From positions 70,273-134,272 of the forward strand of contig JBKJQN010000097.1 in the NCBI GenBank assembly GCA_046593925.1: 64,000 nucleotides of DNA, given 5' to 3'. Numbering within the stretch: position 1 is the first letter of the stretch; every line of letters starts with the position of its first letter. The translations under genes and the position numbers were made by a program. Below, piece after piece: positions 49,892 through 59,276 of the stretch. This stretch comes from Mycobacteriales bacterium (GTDB lineage: Bacteria; Actinomycetota; Actinomycetes; Mycobacteriales; SCTD01). Below the pieces are notes generated by a model, which made no database searches, had not been told where the DNA came from, and worked only from the letters and a program-made list of their open reading frames with translations.

Positions 49892-50521
49892 GTGACCGCA
49901 GCGTGGGGCGCCGTCGTCCCGGTGAAGCTCCTCGCGCTCGCGAAGTCGCGGCTCGGGGCCTACGGCGGTGTCGCGCGAGCCGAGCTGGCGCTGGCCTTCG
50001 CCGACGACGTGGTCTGCGCGGTGCTGCCCTGCGCCGACATCCTGCGCGTCGTGGTCGTCACCGACGACGTGCGCGCCGGCGACGTGCTGCGCCGGCCAGG
50101 TGTCTGCGTCGTGCGCGACCTGCCGGGCGCCGGGCTGAACGCCGCCCTGGCCCATGGCGCAGACCTGCTGCGCGCCGCCGAACCCGGGCTGGGAGTTGTC
50201 GCGCTCGCCTCTGACCTGCCGGCGTTGCGCACGGAAGACCTCGCCGACGCCCTGCTGCGCGTCGTCGGCCGGGGCTTCGTGACCGATACGCAGGGCGTGG
50301 GCACGACGCTGCTCGCGGCCTCCCCCGGTAGCACCTTGCTCCCTTCGTACGGGCCGGCGTCACGCCTGCGCCACCTCGACTCCGGGGCCATCGAGCTGAC
50401 CGCCGCGCCCGGTCTTCGTCGAGACGTCGACACGCCGGAGGACCTGCGAGCGGCCCTGCTGCTGGGCGTGGGCGCCCGGACCGCGGCTGTGGCGGCCGGC
50501 CTGATTGCTGTGCTGCGCTGA
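49892..50521 (+). CDS. cofC: 2-phospho-L-lactate guanylyltransferase (CofC/FbiD, F420 biosynthesis)
   Basis: AVVPVKLLALAKSRL, VVTDD, N.AL and SDLPAL....L are typical of CofC. Start is the GTG at 49892. Confidence 0.8.
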   Translation: MTAAWGAVVPVKLLALAKSRLGAYGGVARAELALAFADDVVCAVLPCADILRVVVVTDDVRAGDVLRRPGVCVVRDLPGAGLNAALAHGADLLRAAEPGLGVVALASDLPALRTEDLADALLRVVGRGFVTDTQGVGTTLLAASPGSTLLPSYGPASRLRHLDSGAIELTAAPGLRRDVDTPEDLRAALLLGVGARTAAVAAGLIAVLR

Positions 50522-50540
50522 ACGTGGGGCTGCCCTGAAC

Positions 50541-50753
50541 GTGGAGCTGCACGGGACCGTCGCGCAGCACGACGAGTCCGGCGGCGTGGTGCTGCTCGAT
50601 GACGGCCGTCGGCTGACCTACCCCCTGTCGGCCCTGCAGGCGGAGATCCGCCTCCTGCGGTCGGGCCAGCGGGTCCGGCTGCGGGTCGACGGCGAGCCGC
50701 CCCACGTCCGGGCCATCACGCTGGTCAGCCTGCCGCTGCGTGAGGCACGCTGA
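50541..50753 (+). CDS. small hypothetical protein (70 aa)
   Basis: The GTG at 50541 gives VELHGTVAQHDESGGVVLLDDGRRLTYPLSAL....LLRSGQRVRLRV. It looks like a small beta-barrel. No assignable function. Confidence 0.45.
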   Translation: MELHGTVAQHDESGGVVLLDDGRRLTYPLSALQAEIRLLRSGQRVRLRVDGEPPHVRAITLVSLPLREAR

Positions 50754-50789
50754 GCCGGACCAGCTGTCAAGGGGGCCGGCGCAGGGCGC

Positions 50790-51884
50790 TCAGAGACGGT
50801 CGCCGGTGAGCGTGTCAAACAGGTGCAGCCCCTCCAGCCGGGGACGCAGGCGCACGGTGCTGCCGCGGGGCGGCGGCTGCCGGCCGTCCACCCGGACCAC
50901 CAGCGGGGCGTCGTGGGTGCCGAGGGCGGCGGTTGTGTAGAGGTAGGCGTCGCTGCCGAGCTCCTCCACGACGTTCACCGTCGCCAATACGCCCTCGTCG
51001 TCGCCCACCAGGTCGAAGACTTCCGGCCGCAGCCCCACCGTCACCTCCTGCCGACCGCTCACCCCAGGTGCCGAGGCGGCCGCCCGCTGCGCGGGGGTGA
51101 GCGGCACCTGCACGCCGCCGATCGCCAGCCCGTCCGTGGTCAGCGGCAGGACCATCAGGTTCATCGCCGGCGAGCCGATGAAGCCGGCGACGAAGGTGTT
51201 GACGGGGTGGTCGAACAGCGCGCGGGGGGTGTCGACCTGCAGCAGCCGGCCGTCCTTGAGCACCGCGACCCGGTCGCCCATCGTCATCGCCTCGACCTGG
51301 TCGTGGGTGACGTAGACGGTCGTGGTGCCCAGCCGGCGCTGCAGTTCGGCGATCTGGGTGCGGGTCTGCACCCGGAGCTTGGCGTCGAGGTTCGACAGCG
51401 GCTCGTCCATCAGGAAGACGCTGGGCTCACGCACGATCGCGCGTCCCATCGCGACCCGCTGGCGCTGCCCGCCGGACAGCTTCGCGGGCTTGCGGCCCAG
51501 ATACGGTTCGAGGTCGAGCACCCGCGCGGCCTCCTTCACCCGGCGGGCCCGCTCGCCCTTCTCGACGCCGGCGATCCGCAGTTGGAAGCCGATGTTGTCG
51601 GCGACGGTCATGTGCGGGTACAGGGCGTAGTTCTGGAACACCATGGCGATGTCCCGCGACTTCGGCGGCAGGTAGCTGACATCGCGGTCGCCGATGAAGA
51701 TCCGGCCGCCGTTGACCTCCTCCAGGCCGGCGAGCATCCGCAGCGTCGTGGTCTTGCCGCAGCCGGACGGCCCGACCAGGACGAGGAACTCGCCGTCGGC
51801 CACGTCGAGGTCGAGGGCGTCGACGGCCGGCCGGTCCATACCCGGGAACAGTCTGGTGACCTTGCGGAACGCGACGTCAGCCAT
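50790..51884 (-). CDS. sugar ABC transporter ATP-binding protein (MsiK/UgpC/MalK type)
   Basis: Walker A GPSGCGKTT, Q-loop, signature LSGGQRQRVA, Walker B FLMDEPLSNLD and a C-terminal TOBE/MalK regulatory domain are present. Confidence 0.9.
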   Translation of the reverse strand: MADVAFRKVTRLFPGMDRPAVDALDLDVADGEFLVLVGPSGCGKTTTLRMLAGLEEVNGGRIFIGDRDVSYLPPKSRDIAMVFQNYALYPHMTVADNIGFQLRIAGVEKGERARRVKEAARVLDLEPYLGRKPAKLSGGQRQRVAMGRAIVREPSVFLMDEPLSNLDAKLRVQTRTQIAELQRRLGTTTVYVTHDQVEAMTMGDRVAVLKDGRLLQVDTPRALFDHPVNTFVAGFIGSPAMNLMVLPLTTDGLAIGGVQVPLTPAQRAAASAPGVSGRQEVTVGLRPEVFDLVGDDEGVLATVNVVEELGSDAYLYTTAALGTHDAPLVVRVDGRQPPPRGSTVRLRPRLEGLHLFDTLTGDRL

Positions 51885-51900
51885 GGCTGCTCCTCGAAGC

Positions 51901-53007
51901 TTAACCGGGATCGGGACTGGCGGTACGGGCCGGGCTCTCCCGCAGCAGCTGCGCGGCCTGCTCGGGGGCGACGTCGTTGACGAAGACGTCCATCCCGGAC
52001 TCCGAACCGGCGAGATACTTCAGCTTGGTGGGCGTACGCCGGCTGGTGAACAACTCCAGGTGCAGCGCGGCGTCCTCGCGCCCCTCGCGTACCGGCGCCT
52101 GGTGCCAGGCGGCCACGTACGGCATCCGCAGCCCGAACAATCCGTCCAGCCGCCGCAACACGTCCAGGTAGAGCGGCCCGAAGTCCGCGCGCTCCGGCTC
52201 GGTGAGCGACGGCAGGTCCGGGGTCCGGCGGCGCGGGTAGAGGTGCACCTCGAACGGCCAGCGGGCAGCCGCCGGCACGAAGGCCACCCAGTACGGGCTG
52301 GTGGCCACCACCCGGGTGGCCGCGGCCAGCTCGGCGGCCACCAGGTCGTCGTACAGGGACCGGCCGGTGCGCGACCGGTACCGGCCTGCTGCGGCCAGCC
52401 TGCGCCTTGCCCGCGGGGTGACGAAGGGGTAGGCGTACACCTGGCCGTGCGGATGGGCCAGCGTCACGCCGATCTCCTCGCCACGGTTCTCGAACGGGAA
52501 CACCTGCTCGACGCCGGGCAGGGCCGCCAGGTCCTGGGTGCGGTCCACCCACACCTCGACGATCAGGCGGACCCGCTCCGGGGTCAGGTCGGCAAACGAC
52601 TCGTCGTGTCTCGGCGTGAAGCAGACGACCTCGCAGCGCCCGGTGGCCGGCCGGCGCGCGACCAGGCCCGGCAGCACGTCCGTCTGAGCCGCGGCGCTGT
52701 CCATGGACAGCGACGGGAAGCGGTTCTCGAAGACCGCGACGTCGTAGTCGGCGGACGGCACCTCGGTGAGGTGCCCGTCGCGCGAGGGGCAGAGCGGGCA
52801 CTCATCCGTCGGGGGCAGGAAGGTGCGGGCCTGCCGCTGGCTCGCCACCACGACCCACTCCTCGACCGTGGGGTCCCAGCGCGCCTCCGACGTCGACTCG
52901 ACCGGCGCGAGCTGACGCCGGTCGTGCATCTGGTGGACCGCGGCGTCGTCCCGGTCGAAGTAGAGGATCTCGCGCCCGTCCGCGAGCCGGCCGGCCTCGC
53001 GCTTCAC
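51901..53007 (-). CDS. galT: galactose-1-phosphate uridylyltransferase
   Basis: A Zn site CPLCP and the active-site HPHGQVYAYPF (HxHxQ) are present. The GTG start overlaps the deoR stop (GTGA). Confidence 0.9.
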   Translation of the reverse strand: MKREAGRLADGREILYFDRDDAAVHQMHDRRQLAPVESTSEARWDPTVEEWVVVASQRQARTFLPPTDECPLCPSRDGHLTEVPSADYDVAVFENRFPSLSMDSAAAQTDVLPGLVARRPATGRCEVVCFTPRHDESFADLTPERVRLIVEVWVDRTQDLAALPGVEQVFPFENRGEEIGVTLAHPHGQVYAYPFVTPRARRRLAAAGRYRSRTGRSLYDDLVAAELAAATRVVATSPYWVAFVPAAARWPFEVHLYPRRRTPDLPSLTEPERADFGPLYLDVLRRLDGLFGLRMPYVAAWHQAPVREGREDAALHLELFTSRRTPTKLKYLAGSESGMDVFVNDVAPEQAAQLLRESPARTASPDPG

Positions 53008-53792
53008 GTGGCCGTGCTCCGCAGCGCCGGGTCGACAGGTGCGACGACCAGGCGCCCGACGCCGGCCCCGAGCGCGTCGCGCGCGGCCTGGTCCAGCCCG
53101 TCGTCGGTGACCAGCACGTGGGCCTCGGACAGGGTGGCGAACGAGACCAGGCCGATGACGCCGAACTTGGTCGAGTCGGCCGTCAGGACCAGGGTGCGGG
53201 TGGCCTGCGCGAACGCCCGGTTGGTCTCGGACTCCCCGAGGTTGGGGGTCGTGAAGCCGGCCGAGGGGTCCATGCCGTGACAGCCCAGGAAGGCTACGTC
53301 GAAGTGCAGCGAGCGCAGCACGAGGTCGGCGACCGGGCCCACCAGCGCGTCGCTGGGCGTGCGCACCCCGCCGGTCAGCACGACGGTGTGCCGCTCGCGC
53401 AGTACATCGGCGATCTTGATGGAGTTGGTCGCGACCGTCAGACCGGGCACGTCGAGCAGGTGCTGGGCGAGCACGTACGTCGTGGTGCCGGCGCCGAGGG
53501 CGACGGCCTGACCCGGCTGGACCAGGGCGGCAGCGGCGGCGGCGATGGCGTACTTCTCCGCCGGCTCGCGCACCGACTTGGCCTCGAACCCCGGCTCCTC
53601 GCTGGCCCGCCCCGACGCGAGGGTCGCCCCGCCGTGCACCTTGCTGAGCAGGCCCAGGCGGGCCAGGGCATCGAGGTCGCGGCGCACCGTCATGTCCGAC
53701 ACCTGCAACGCCACAGTCAGGTCGGCCACCCGGGCCGCGCCCTCCCGGCGCACCTGCTCCAGGATGTGCGCCCGGCGCTGGTCGGCGAGCAC
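53004..53792 (-). CDS. DeoR family transcriptional regulator
   Basis: An N-terminal wHTH (R...I.......V.DL...L.VS..T.RRDL..L) is followed by a C-terminal DeoR sugar-phosphate-binding domain. Confidence 0.85.
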   Translation of the reverse strand: MLADQRRAHILEQVRREGAARVADLTVALQVSDMTVRRDLDALARLGLLSKVHGGATLASGRASEEPGFEAKSVREPAEKYAIAAAAAALVQPGQAVALGAGTTTYVLAQHLLDVPGLTVATNSIKIADVLRERHTVVLTGGVRTPSDALVGPVADLVLRSLHFDVAFLGCHGMDPSAGFTTPNLGESETNRAFAQATRTLVLTADSTKFGVIGLVSFATLSEAHVLVTDDGLDQAARDALGAGVGRLVVAPVDPALRSTAT

Positions 53793-53795
53793 TTC

Positions 53796-55742
53796 TCAGG
53801 CTCCCGCGTCGGGCAGCACCACGGCGCCGCCGGCTGCGACGCGGGTCCCCGCCACGACGGCGTCCTCCGCCGTGTGGTTGAGCACGAAGAGCCGGTCGCC
53901 ACGACGCACGACCTCCACCCCGGGCGGGGCGTCCGCGACCGGAGCCAGGCCGGCCAGCGAGACCTCTTCGAGCAGCAGCGCACGTAGCGCAACCGGGTCG
54001 AGGTCGGTCGCCACGTACGTCGCCGTGCCGCTGCCGTAGCTGTGCCGCGTGACGGCCGGCACCCCGGCGAGCGGGCCGGCGGTGACCGTGGCCAGCGCGG
54101 TGGCTCCCGCGAGCGACAGCAGCTCGCTCCAGCGCGACCCGGTGGCGCCGTTGGACAGCTCCAGGCGCTGCTCCGGCAGCAGCGGGTAGAACTCCTCGAC
54201 CCGAACGCCGAGCACGTCCCGCAGGGCGCCCGGGTAGCCACCCAGCCGCACGTGGTCGTCAGTGTTGACGATGCCGCTGAAGTAACTGGCCACCAGGGAG
54301 CCGCCGCCGGCGACAAACGCCGACAGCGCCGAGGCGCCGCGGTCGCTCAGCAGGTATAGGCTCGGGGCGAGCAGCAGCCGGTACATCGACAGGTCGGCCT
54401 CAGGGTGGACGAAGTCGACGGTCACGCCGGCCCGCCACAGCGCCTCGTACGTGCGCCGCACGGCGGGCAGGTAGGTGACGTCGGCGGACGGGTGGCTGTC
54501 GAGCTCGACGCCCCACCACGACTCGTAGTCCCAGAGCACAGCTATCTGAGTACGCACCGGGGTGCCGACCACGTCGGCGAGGCCGGCCAGCTCGCGCCCG
54601 AGATCGACGACCTCCCGCCACACCCGGCTGTCGGTGCCGGCGTGCGGCACCAGCGCGGAGTGGAACTTCTCGGCGCCGGCGCGGGACGCGCGCCACTGGA
54701 AGAACAGCACGCCGTCGGCGCCCCGCGCGACGTGCGCGAGGGCGTTGCGGCGCAGCTGACCCGGCGCCTTCGCCCGGTTGACCGGCTGCCAGTTCACCGC
54801 GCTGGTGGAGGTCTCCATCAGCAGCCACGGCCGGCCGGCCCCGAATGATCGCGAGAGGTCCGCCCCGAGTGCCAGGTCCACCTCCGGCGCCGGGTCGTGC
54901 CCGGGCAGGTAGTGGTCGTTGGCCACCAGGTCGACCTCGCGACCCCAGGCCACGTAGTCGGCCGCCTTGAAGCCCGGCGCCATGAAGTTGGTCGTGACCG
55001 GTAGGTCGGGGGTCAGGGCGTCCAGCACGTCGCGCTCCGCCCGGTACAGCTCGAGCAGCGCGGTCGAGCCGAAGCGCCACCAGTCCAGCTGCTGGGTCGG
55101 GTTGCGGTGCGTCGGCGACGCCCGCGGCGGGATCACCTGCTCCCAGGCGGAGTAGTGCTGACTCCAGAAGGCCGTACCCCAAGCCCGGTTGAGCGCATCG
55201 AGGTCGTCGTAGCGCTCCTGCAGCCAGGCCCGGAAGGCCCGCTCGCTGGTCTCGCAGAAGCAGTGCGCCACGTGGCAGCCGTACTCGTTGCCGACATGCC
55301 ACATCCGCACCGCCGGGTGCCATCCGTAGCGCTCGGCGAGCGTGGTCACCAGGGCGAGCGCGGCCTGCCGGTAGTCCGGGGAGCTGGGGCAGTACGCCTG
55401 CCGACTGCCCCAGGACAGCCGTACGCCGTCAGCGGTGACCGGCCGGCTGTCCGGGTAGCGCAGCGACAACCACGGCGGGGGCGACGCGGTCGCGGTGGCG
55501 AGGTCCACCGCAATCCCCCCTCCGTGCAGCAGGTCCAGCACCCGGTCGAGCCAGTCGAGGTCGTAACGGCCCTGCTCCGGCTCGAGCAGCGCCCAGCTGA
55601 ACACCCCGACCGTGACCATCGTGACGCCGGCCTCGCGCATCAGGCGGACGTCCTGCTGCCAGACATCGTCCGGCCACTGCTCGGGGTTGTAGTCACCCCC
55701 GTACAGGATCCCCTCGACCGCCGGCCACCGGTGCCCGACCAT
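53796..55742 (-). CDS. beta-galactosidase, glycoside hydrolase family 42
   Basis: GGDYNPEQWP..VW..D..LM.EAGV......FSW..LEP, the NEY catalytic region HVGNEYG and the trimer-type C-terminal domains are present. Start set to the ATG at 55742. Confidence 0.9.
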   Translation of the reverse strand: MVGHRWPAVEGILYGGDYNPEQWPDDVWQQDVRLMREAGVTMVTVGVFSWALLEPEQGRYDLDWLDRVLDLLHGGGIAVDLATATASPPPWLSLRYPDSRPVTADGVRLSWGSRQAYCPSSPDYRQAALALVTTLAERYGWHPAVRMWHVGNEYGCHVAHCFCETSERAFRAWLQERYDDLDALNRAWGTAFWSQHYSAWEQVIPPRASPTHRNPTQQLDWWRFGSTALLELYRAERDVLDALTPDLPVTTNFMAPGFKAADYVAWGREVDLVANDHYLPGHDPAPEVDLALGADLSRSFGAGRPWLLMETSTSAVNWQPVNRAKAPGQLRRNALAHVARGADGVLFFQWRASRAGAEKFHSALVPHAGTDSRVWREVVDLGRELAGLADVVGTPVRTQIAVLWDYESWWGVELDSHPSADVTYLPAVRRTYEALWRAGVTVDFVHPEADLSMYRLLLAPSLYLLSDRGASALSAFVAGGGSLVASYFSGIVNTDDHVRLGGYPGALRDVLGVRVEEFYPLLPEQRLELSNGATGSRWSELLSLAGATALATVTAGPLAGVPAVTRHSYGSGTATYVATDLDPVALRALLLEEVSLAGLAPVADAPPGVEVVRRGDRLFVLNHTAEDAVVAGTRVAAGGAVVLPDAGA

Positions 55743-55886
55743 GCGCCTCCCCGTCCGGTCCCTGCGCCGCGGCGGGACCGTCGGCGAGCAGGACCCTTCT
55801 CCAGCGGTGCACACAAGTCAACAACAACCGACAACGTCGTCGGCGGGCCGGCGCGGTGTATCGCCGAACTGCAACCCGAATTGCCC

Positions 55887-55915
55887 TTGACAGCAGGCCA
55901 CATGGCCGTTGTGAT
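55887..55915 (+). promoter_or_regulatory. candidate promoter with an embedded inverted repeat, upstream of the sugar ABC operon
   Basis: TTGACA (55887-92), then a 17-nt spacer, then TGTGAT (55910-15). The spacer contains GGCCA-CA-TGGCC. Confidence 0.3.
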
Positions 55916-56005
55916 GCGCGTCACCCGGTGCGCGATGTCGTCGTGTTCTGAGCGATCTTGCGCAGTTGCCCGGTCGCTCACCGGCTGGCCCTTCAGGAGG
56001 CGTGG

Positions 56006-57373
56006 ATGTCAGACGACAGCTCGAGCCGTTCGCTCAGGCTCACCGAGGCCGTACGCAGGGACCTCGACCGCCGGCAGCTGCTGCGCGGGGCTCTGCTGGG
56101 TGCGGGCGCGCTCGGCGGCAGCGCCCTGCTCGCGGCCTGCGGCGGCTCGAGCACTCCGGCAGCCGGCAGTTCCAGCTCAGGCAGCGCGGCGGCGACCAAG
56201 GCGAGCGGGACCGTCACCTTCGGTTCCAACCAGTCCGACGCCGTGCCGAAGGCTGCCTACCAGAAGACCCTCGACGCCTTCACCACGAGCTCGGCTGTCG
56301 CCGTCAAGGTCAACGTCGTCGACCACAACACGTTCCAGGAGAACATCAACAGCTACCTGCAAGGGCAGCCGGATGACGTCTACACCTGGTTCTCCGGCTT
56401 CCGCATGAAGTTCTTCGCCGACCAGAAGCTGGCCAGCCCCATCGACGACGTCTGGAGCTCGATCGGCCCGGGATACACCGACGCCCTGGCCAAGGCCTCG
56501 ACGGCGTCGGACGGCAAGAAGTACTTCGTGCCGTTCTCCCAGTACCCCTGGGGGGTGTTCTACCGCAAGAGCCTGTTCGCGGAGCGCGGCTACCAGCCGG
56601 CCAAGACGCTCGACGAGTTCACAGCCCTGTGCAAGCAGATGCAGAAGGACGGGATCGCCGCCCCGGTCGCCTTCGCCGACAAGGACGGCTGGCCGGCGAT
56701 GGGGACCTTCGACTACCTGAACATGCGCCAGAACGGCTACGACTTCCACATCAGCCTGATGTCCGGCAAGGAGTCCTGGACCGACCCGAAGGTCAAGGCC
56801 GTGTTCGACACCTGGAAGGGGCTGCTGCCCTACCACCAGCAGGGCTCACTGGGGCGCACCTGGCAGGAGGCGGCGCAGAGCCTGGGCAAGAAGCAGGCCG
56901 GCATGTACGTCCTGGGGATGTTCGTGGGGCAGCAGTTCACCGGCCCCGACCTGCTCGACCTCGACTTCTTCGCGTTCCCCGAGATCGACTCCGCCCACGG
57001 TCAGGATGCCGTGGAGGCACCGATCGACGGCTTCATGATGTCCGCCAAGCCCAAGAACCCGGCTGCGGCCAAGGCCCTGCTGACCTATCTCGGCAGCGCC
57101 GATGCGCAGCTCATCCCCAACGCCAACGACCCGACGACGATCCCGGCCAACAAGAACGCCAGCGACGCGGCGTACAGCCCGCTGCAGAAAAAGGCCAAGG
57201 CGATGATTGGATCGGCCAAGCAGGTGTCGCAGTTCCTCGACCGCGACACCCGGCCGGACTTCGCCACGACCGTGATGATCCCGTCGCTGCAGGCCTTCAT
57301 CAAGTCTCCGAACGACATCGACGGGCTCACCAAGAGCATCGAGAGCCAGAAGAAGACGATCTTCACGAGCTGA
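56006..57373 (+). CDS. ABC transporter extracellular sugar-binding lipoprotein
   Basis: AGGAGG lies upstream of the ATG at 56006. A Tat-like RRQLLRGALLGAGALGGSALLAACGG signal with a lipobox is followed by a family 1 solute-binding fold. Confidence 0.9.
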   Translation: MSDDSSSRSLRLTEAVRRDLDRRQLLRGALLGAGALGGSALLAACGGSSTPAAGSSSSGSAAATKASGTVTFGSNQSDAVPKAAYQKTLDAFTTSSAVAVKVNVVDHNTFQENINSYLQGQPDDVYTWFSGFRMKFFADQKLASPIDDVWSSIGPGYTDALAKASTASDGKKYFVPFSQYPWGVFYRKSLFAERGYQPAKTLDEFTALCKQMQKDGIAAPVAFADKDGWPAMGTFDYLNMRQNGYDFHISLMSGKESWTDPKVKAVFDTWKGLLPYHQQGSLGRTWQEAAQSLGKKQAGMYVLGMFVGQQFTGPDLLDLDFFAFPEIDSAHGQDAVEAPIDGFMMSAKPKNPAAAKALLTYLGSADAQLIPNANDPTTIPANKNASDAAYSPLQKKAKAMIGSAKQVSQFLDRDTRPDFATTVMIPSLQAFIKSPNDIDGLTKSIESQKKTIFTS

Positions 57374-58338
57374 TGACCAGCTCCCCCGCCGTCACCGTGG
57401 CGCCCGCCGTCCCCGCCCGAGCGCGCCGGGGACGGCGGCGGCGGGAGCGGCTGCGCACCTTCAGCCGCCGAGACGTCGTTGTCCTGTCGGTCATGCTCGG
57501 CATCCCCACCCTGCTGCTGCTCGCCCTGGTGTGGGGCCCCGCGCTGGCCTCGATCGGGCTGTCGACGACGAGCTGGAATGGCATCGGCTCGCTGCACGGC
57601 AGCGACGTCGTCGGGGTCGAGAACTATCGCAACATCGTCAGCAACTACCCGTCGTTCGGACCGGCGCTGCGCCACAATGTCATCTGGCTGGCCTTCTTCG
57701 CCTTCATCTCGACGCCGATCGGCCTGCTGCTCGCGGTCCTTATCGACCGCAACCTGAAGGGCAGCCGGCTCTACCAGACGGCGATCTTCATGCCAGTGGT
57801 GCTGAGCCTGGCGCTGATCGGCTTCATCTGGCAGCTCATCTACAGCCAGGACCAGGGCCTGATCAACGGCCTGCTGGGCAGGACCGCCCCGGGGCAGGGC
57901 ATCGACTTCCTCGGCACGTCCGGGCTCAACCTCGGCGCCATCATGGTGGCAGCCAGCTGGCGGCACGTGGGGTACGTGATGATCCTGTACCTGGCCGGGC
58001 TGAAGAGCCTGGACCCAGCCCTGCGCGAAGCCGCCGCACTGGACGGCGCGGGCGAGGTGGCCACCTTCCGCCTGGTCGTGTTCCCGGCGCTGCGCCCCAT
58101 CAACATCGTGGTGCTGGTGATCACCGTCATCGAGTCGCTGCGCGCATTCGACATCGTGTACATCGTCAACAAGGGTACGAACGGGCTGGAGCTGCTGTCG
58201 GTCCTGGTGACCCGCAACATCCTCGGTGAGGCCAGCCGGATCGGCTTCGGGTCGGCTCTGGCGGTCATTTTGCTGTCGATCTCGCTGGTACCGATCACGG
58301 CCTTCCTCGTGCAGACCTTCCGAGGGGAGCAGCGGTGA
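57373..58338 (+). CDS. carbohydrate ABC transporter permease (MalF/UgpA-like)
   Basis: Six transmembrane segments and an EAA loop (EAAALDGAG....FR.V.FP.LRP). The ATG overlaps the previous stop by 1 nt (TGATG). Confidence 0.9.
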   Translation: MTSSPAVTVAPAVPARARRGRRRRERLRTFSRRDVVVLSVMLGIPTLLLLALVWGPALASIGLSTTSWNGIGSLHGSDVVGVENYRNIVSNYPSFGPALRHNVIWLAFFAFISTPIGLLLAVLIDRNLKGSRLYQTAIFMPVVLSLALIGFIWQLIYSQDQGLINGLLGRTAPGQGIDFLGTSGLNLGAIMVAASWRHVGYVMILYLAGLKSLDPALREAAALDGAGEVATFRLVVFPALRPINIVVLVITVIESLRAFDIVYIVNKGTNGLELLSVLVTRNILGEASRIGFGSALAVILLSISLVPITAFLVQTFRGEQR

Positions 58339-59276
58339 CGGCCACGGTGCCGCAGCCCGGCGGACTGGCCGACGTAGTTCGGCTCGGCTCGGCAGCGCTC
58401 GACCCCGACCCTGCGTCGGCCCCACGGATGCGGCCCGGCCGGGTCCTGGCGTACGCGATCCTGATCGGGACCTCGCTGCTGTGGCTCACCCCGCTGCTGT
58501 GGGCCGTCTACACCTCGCTGCGGCCGTACGCCGACACCCAGCGCAACGGCTATGTGTCGCTGGCGCACTCGCTGAGCCTGACCAACTACAGCGACGCCTG
58601 GACGCAGGCCAACTTCCCGCACTACTTCCGCAACAGCATGATCGTTACCTTGCCTGCGGTGCTGCTCACCCTGCTCCTGGCGTCGTTCGTGGCGTTCGTC
58701 GTCTCGCGCTTCCGGCTGCGCTGGAACATCGCGCTGCTGGTGATGTTCACCGCCGGCAACCTGCTGCCGCAGCAGGTCATCATCACGCCGGTCTACAAGT
58801 TGTTCCTGCTGGTGCCCGTCCCCACCTGGGTGAGCGACTCCGGCACGCTCTACGACTCGTATCTCGGCCTCATACTGATCAACGTCGCCTTCCAGGTGGG
58901 CTTCTGCGCCTTCATCCTTTCCAACTACATGAAGACGATCCCGCACGAGCTCACCGAGGCTGCGCTGGTCGACGGCGCCTCGGTGTGGCGGCAGTACTGG
59001 CAGGTCATCCTGCCGCTGTGCCGGCCGGCGCTCGCCGCACTGGCAACCCTTGAGTTTACCTTCATCTACAACGACTTCTTCTGGGCGACGGTGCTGCTGC
59101 GCACCGGCGACAAACGACCCATCACGTCCGCGATCGCCAACCTGTCCGGTCAGTACTTCACCAACAACAACCTGATCGCGGCCGCGGCGCTGATCACCGC
59201 CGTACCCACGCTGGCCATCTTCTTCGGCCTGCAGAAGCAGTTCGTCGCAGGGCTGACCCTGGGCTCCAACAAGTGA
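58335..59276 (+). CDS. carbohydrate ABC transporter permease (MalG/UgpE-like)
   Basis: EAA loop TEAALVDGAS....QVILPL.RPAL. The GTG start overlaps the previous stop (GTGA). Confidence 0.9.
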   Translation: MTATVPQPGGLADVVRLGSAALDPDPASAPRMRPGRVLAYAILIGTSLLWLTPLLWAVYTSLRPYADTQRNGYVSLAHSLSLTNYSDAWTQANFPHYFRNSMIVTLPAVLLTLLLASFVAFVVSRFRLRWNIALLVMFTAGNLLPQQVIITPVYKLFLLVPVPTWVSDSGTLYDSYLGLILINVAFQVGFCAFILSNYMKTIPHELTEAALVDGASVWRQYWQVILPLCRPALAALATLEFTFIYNDFFWATVLLRTGDKRPITSAIANLSGQYFTNNNLIAAAALITAVPTLAIFFGLQKQFVAGLTLGSNK

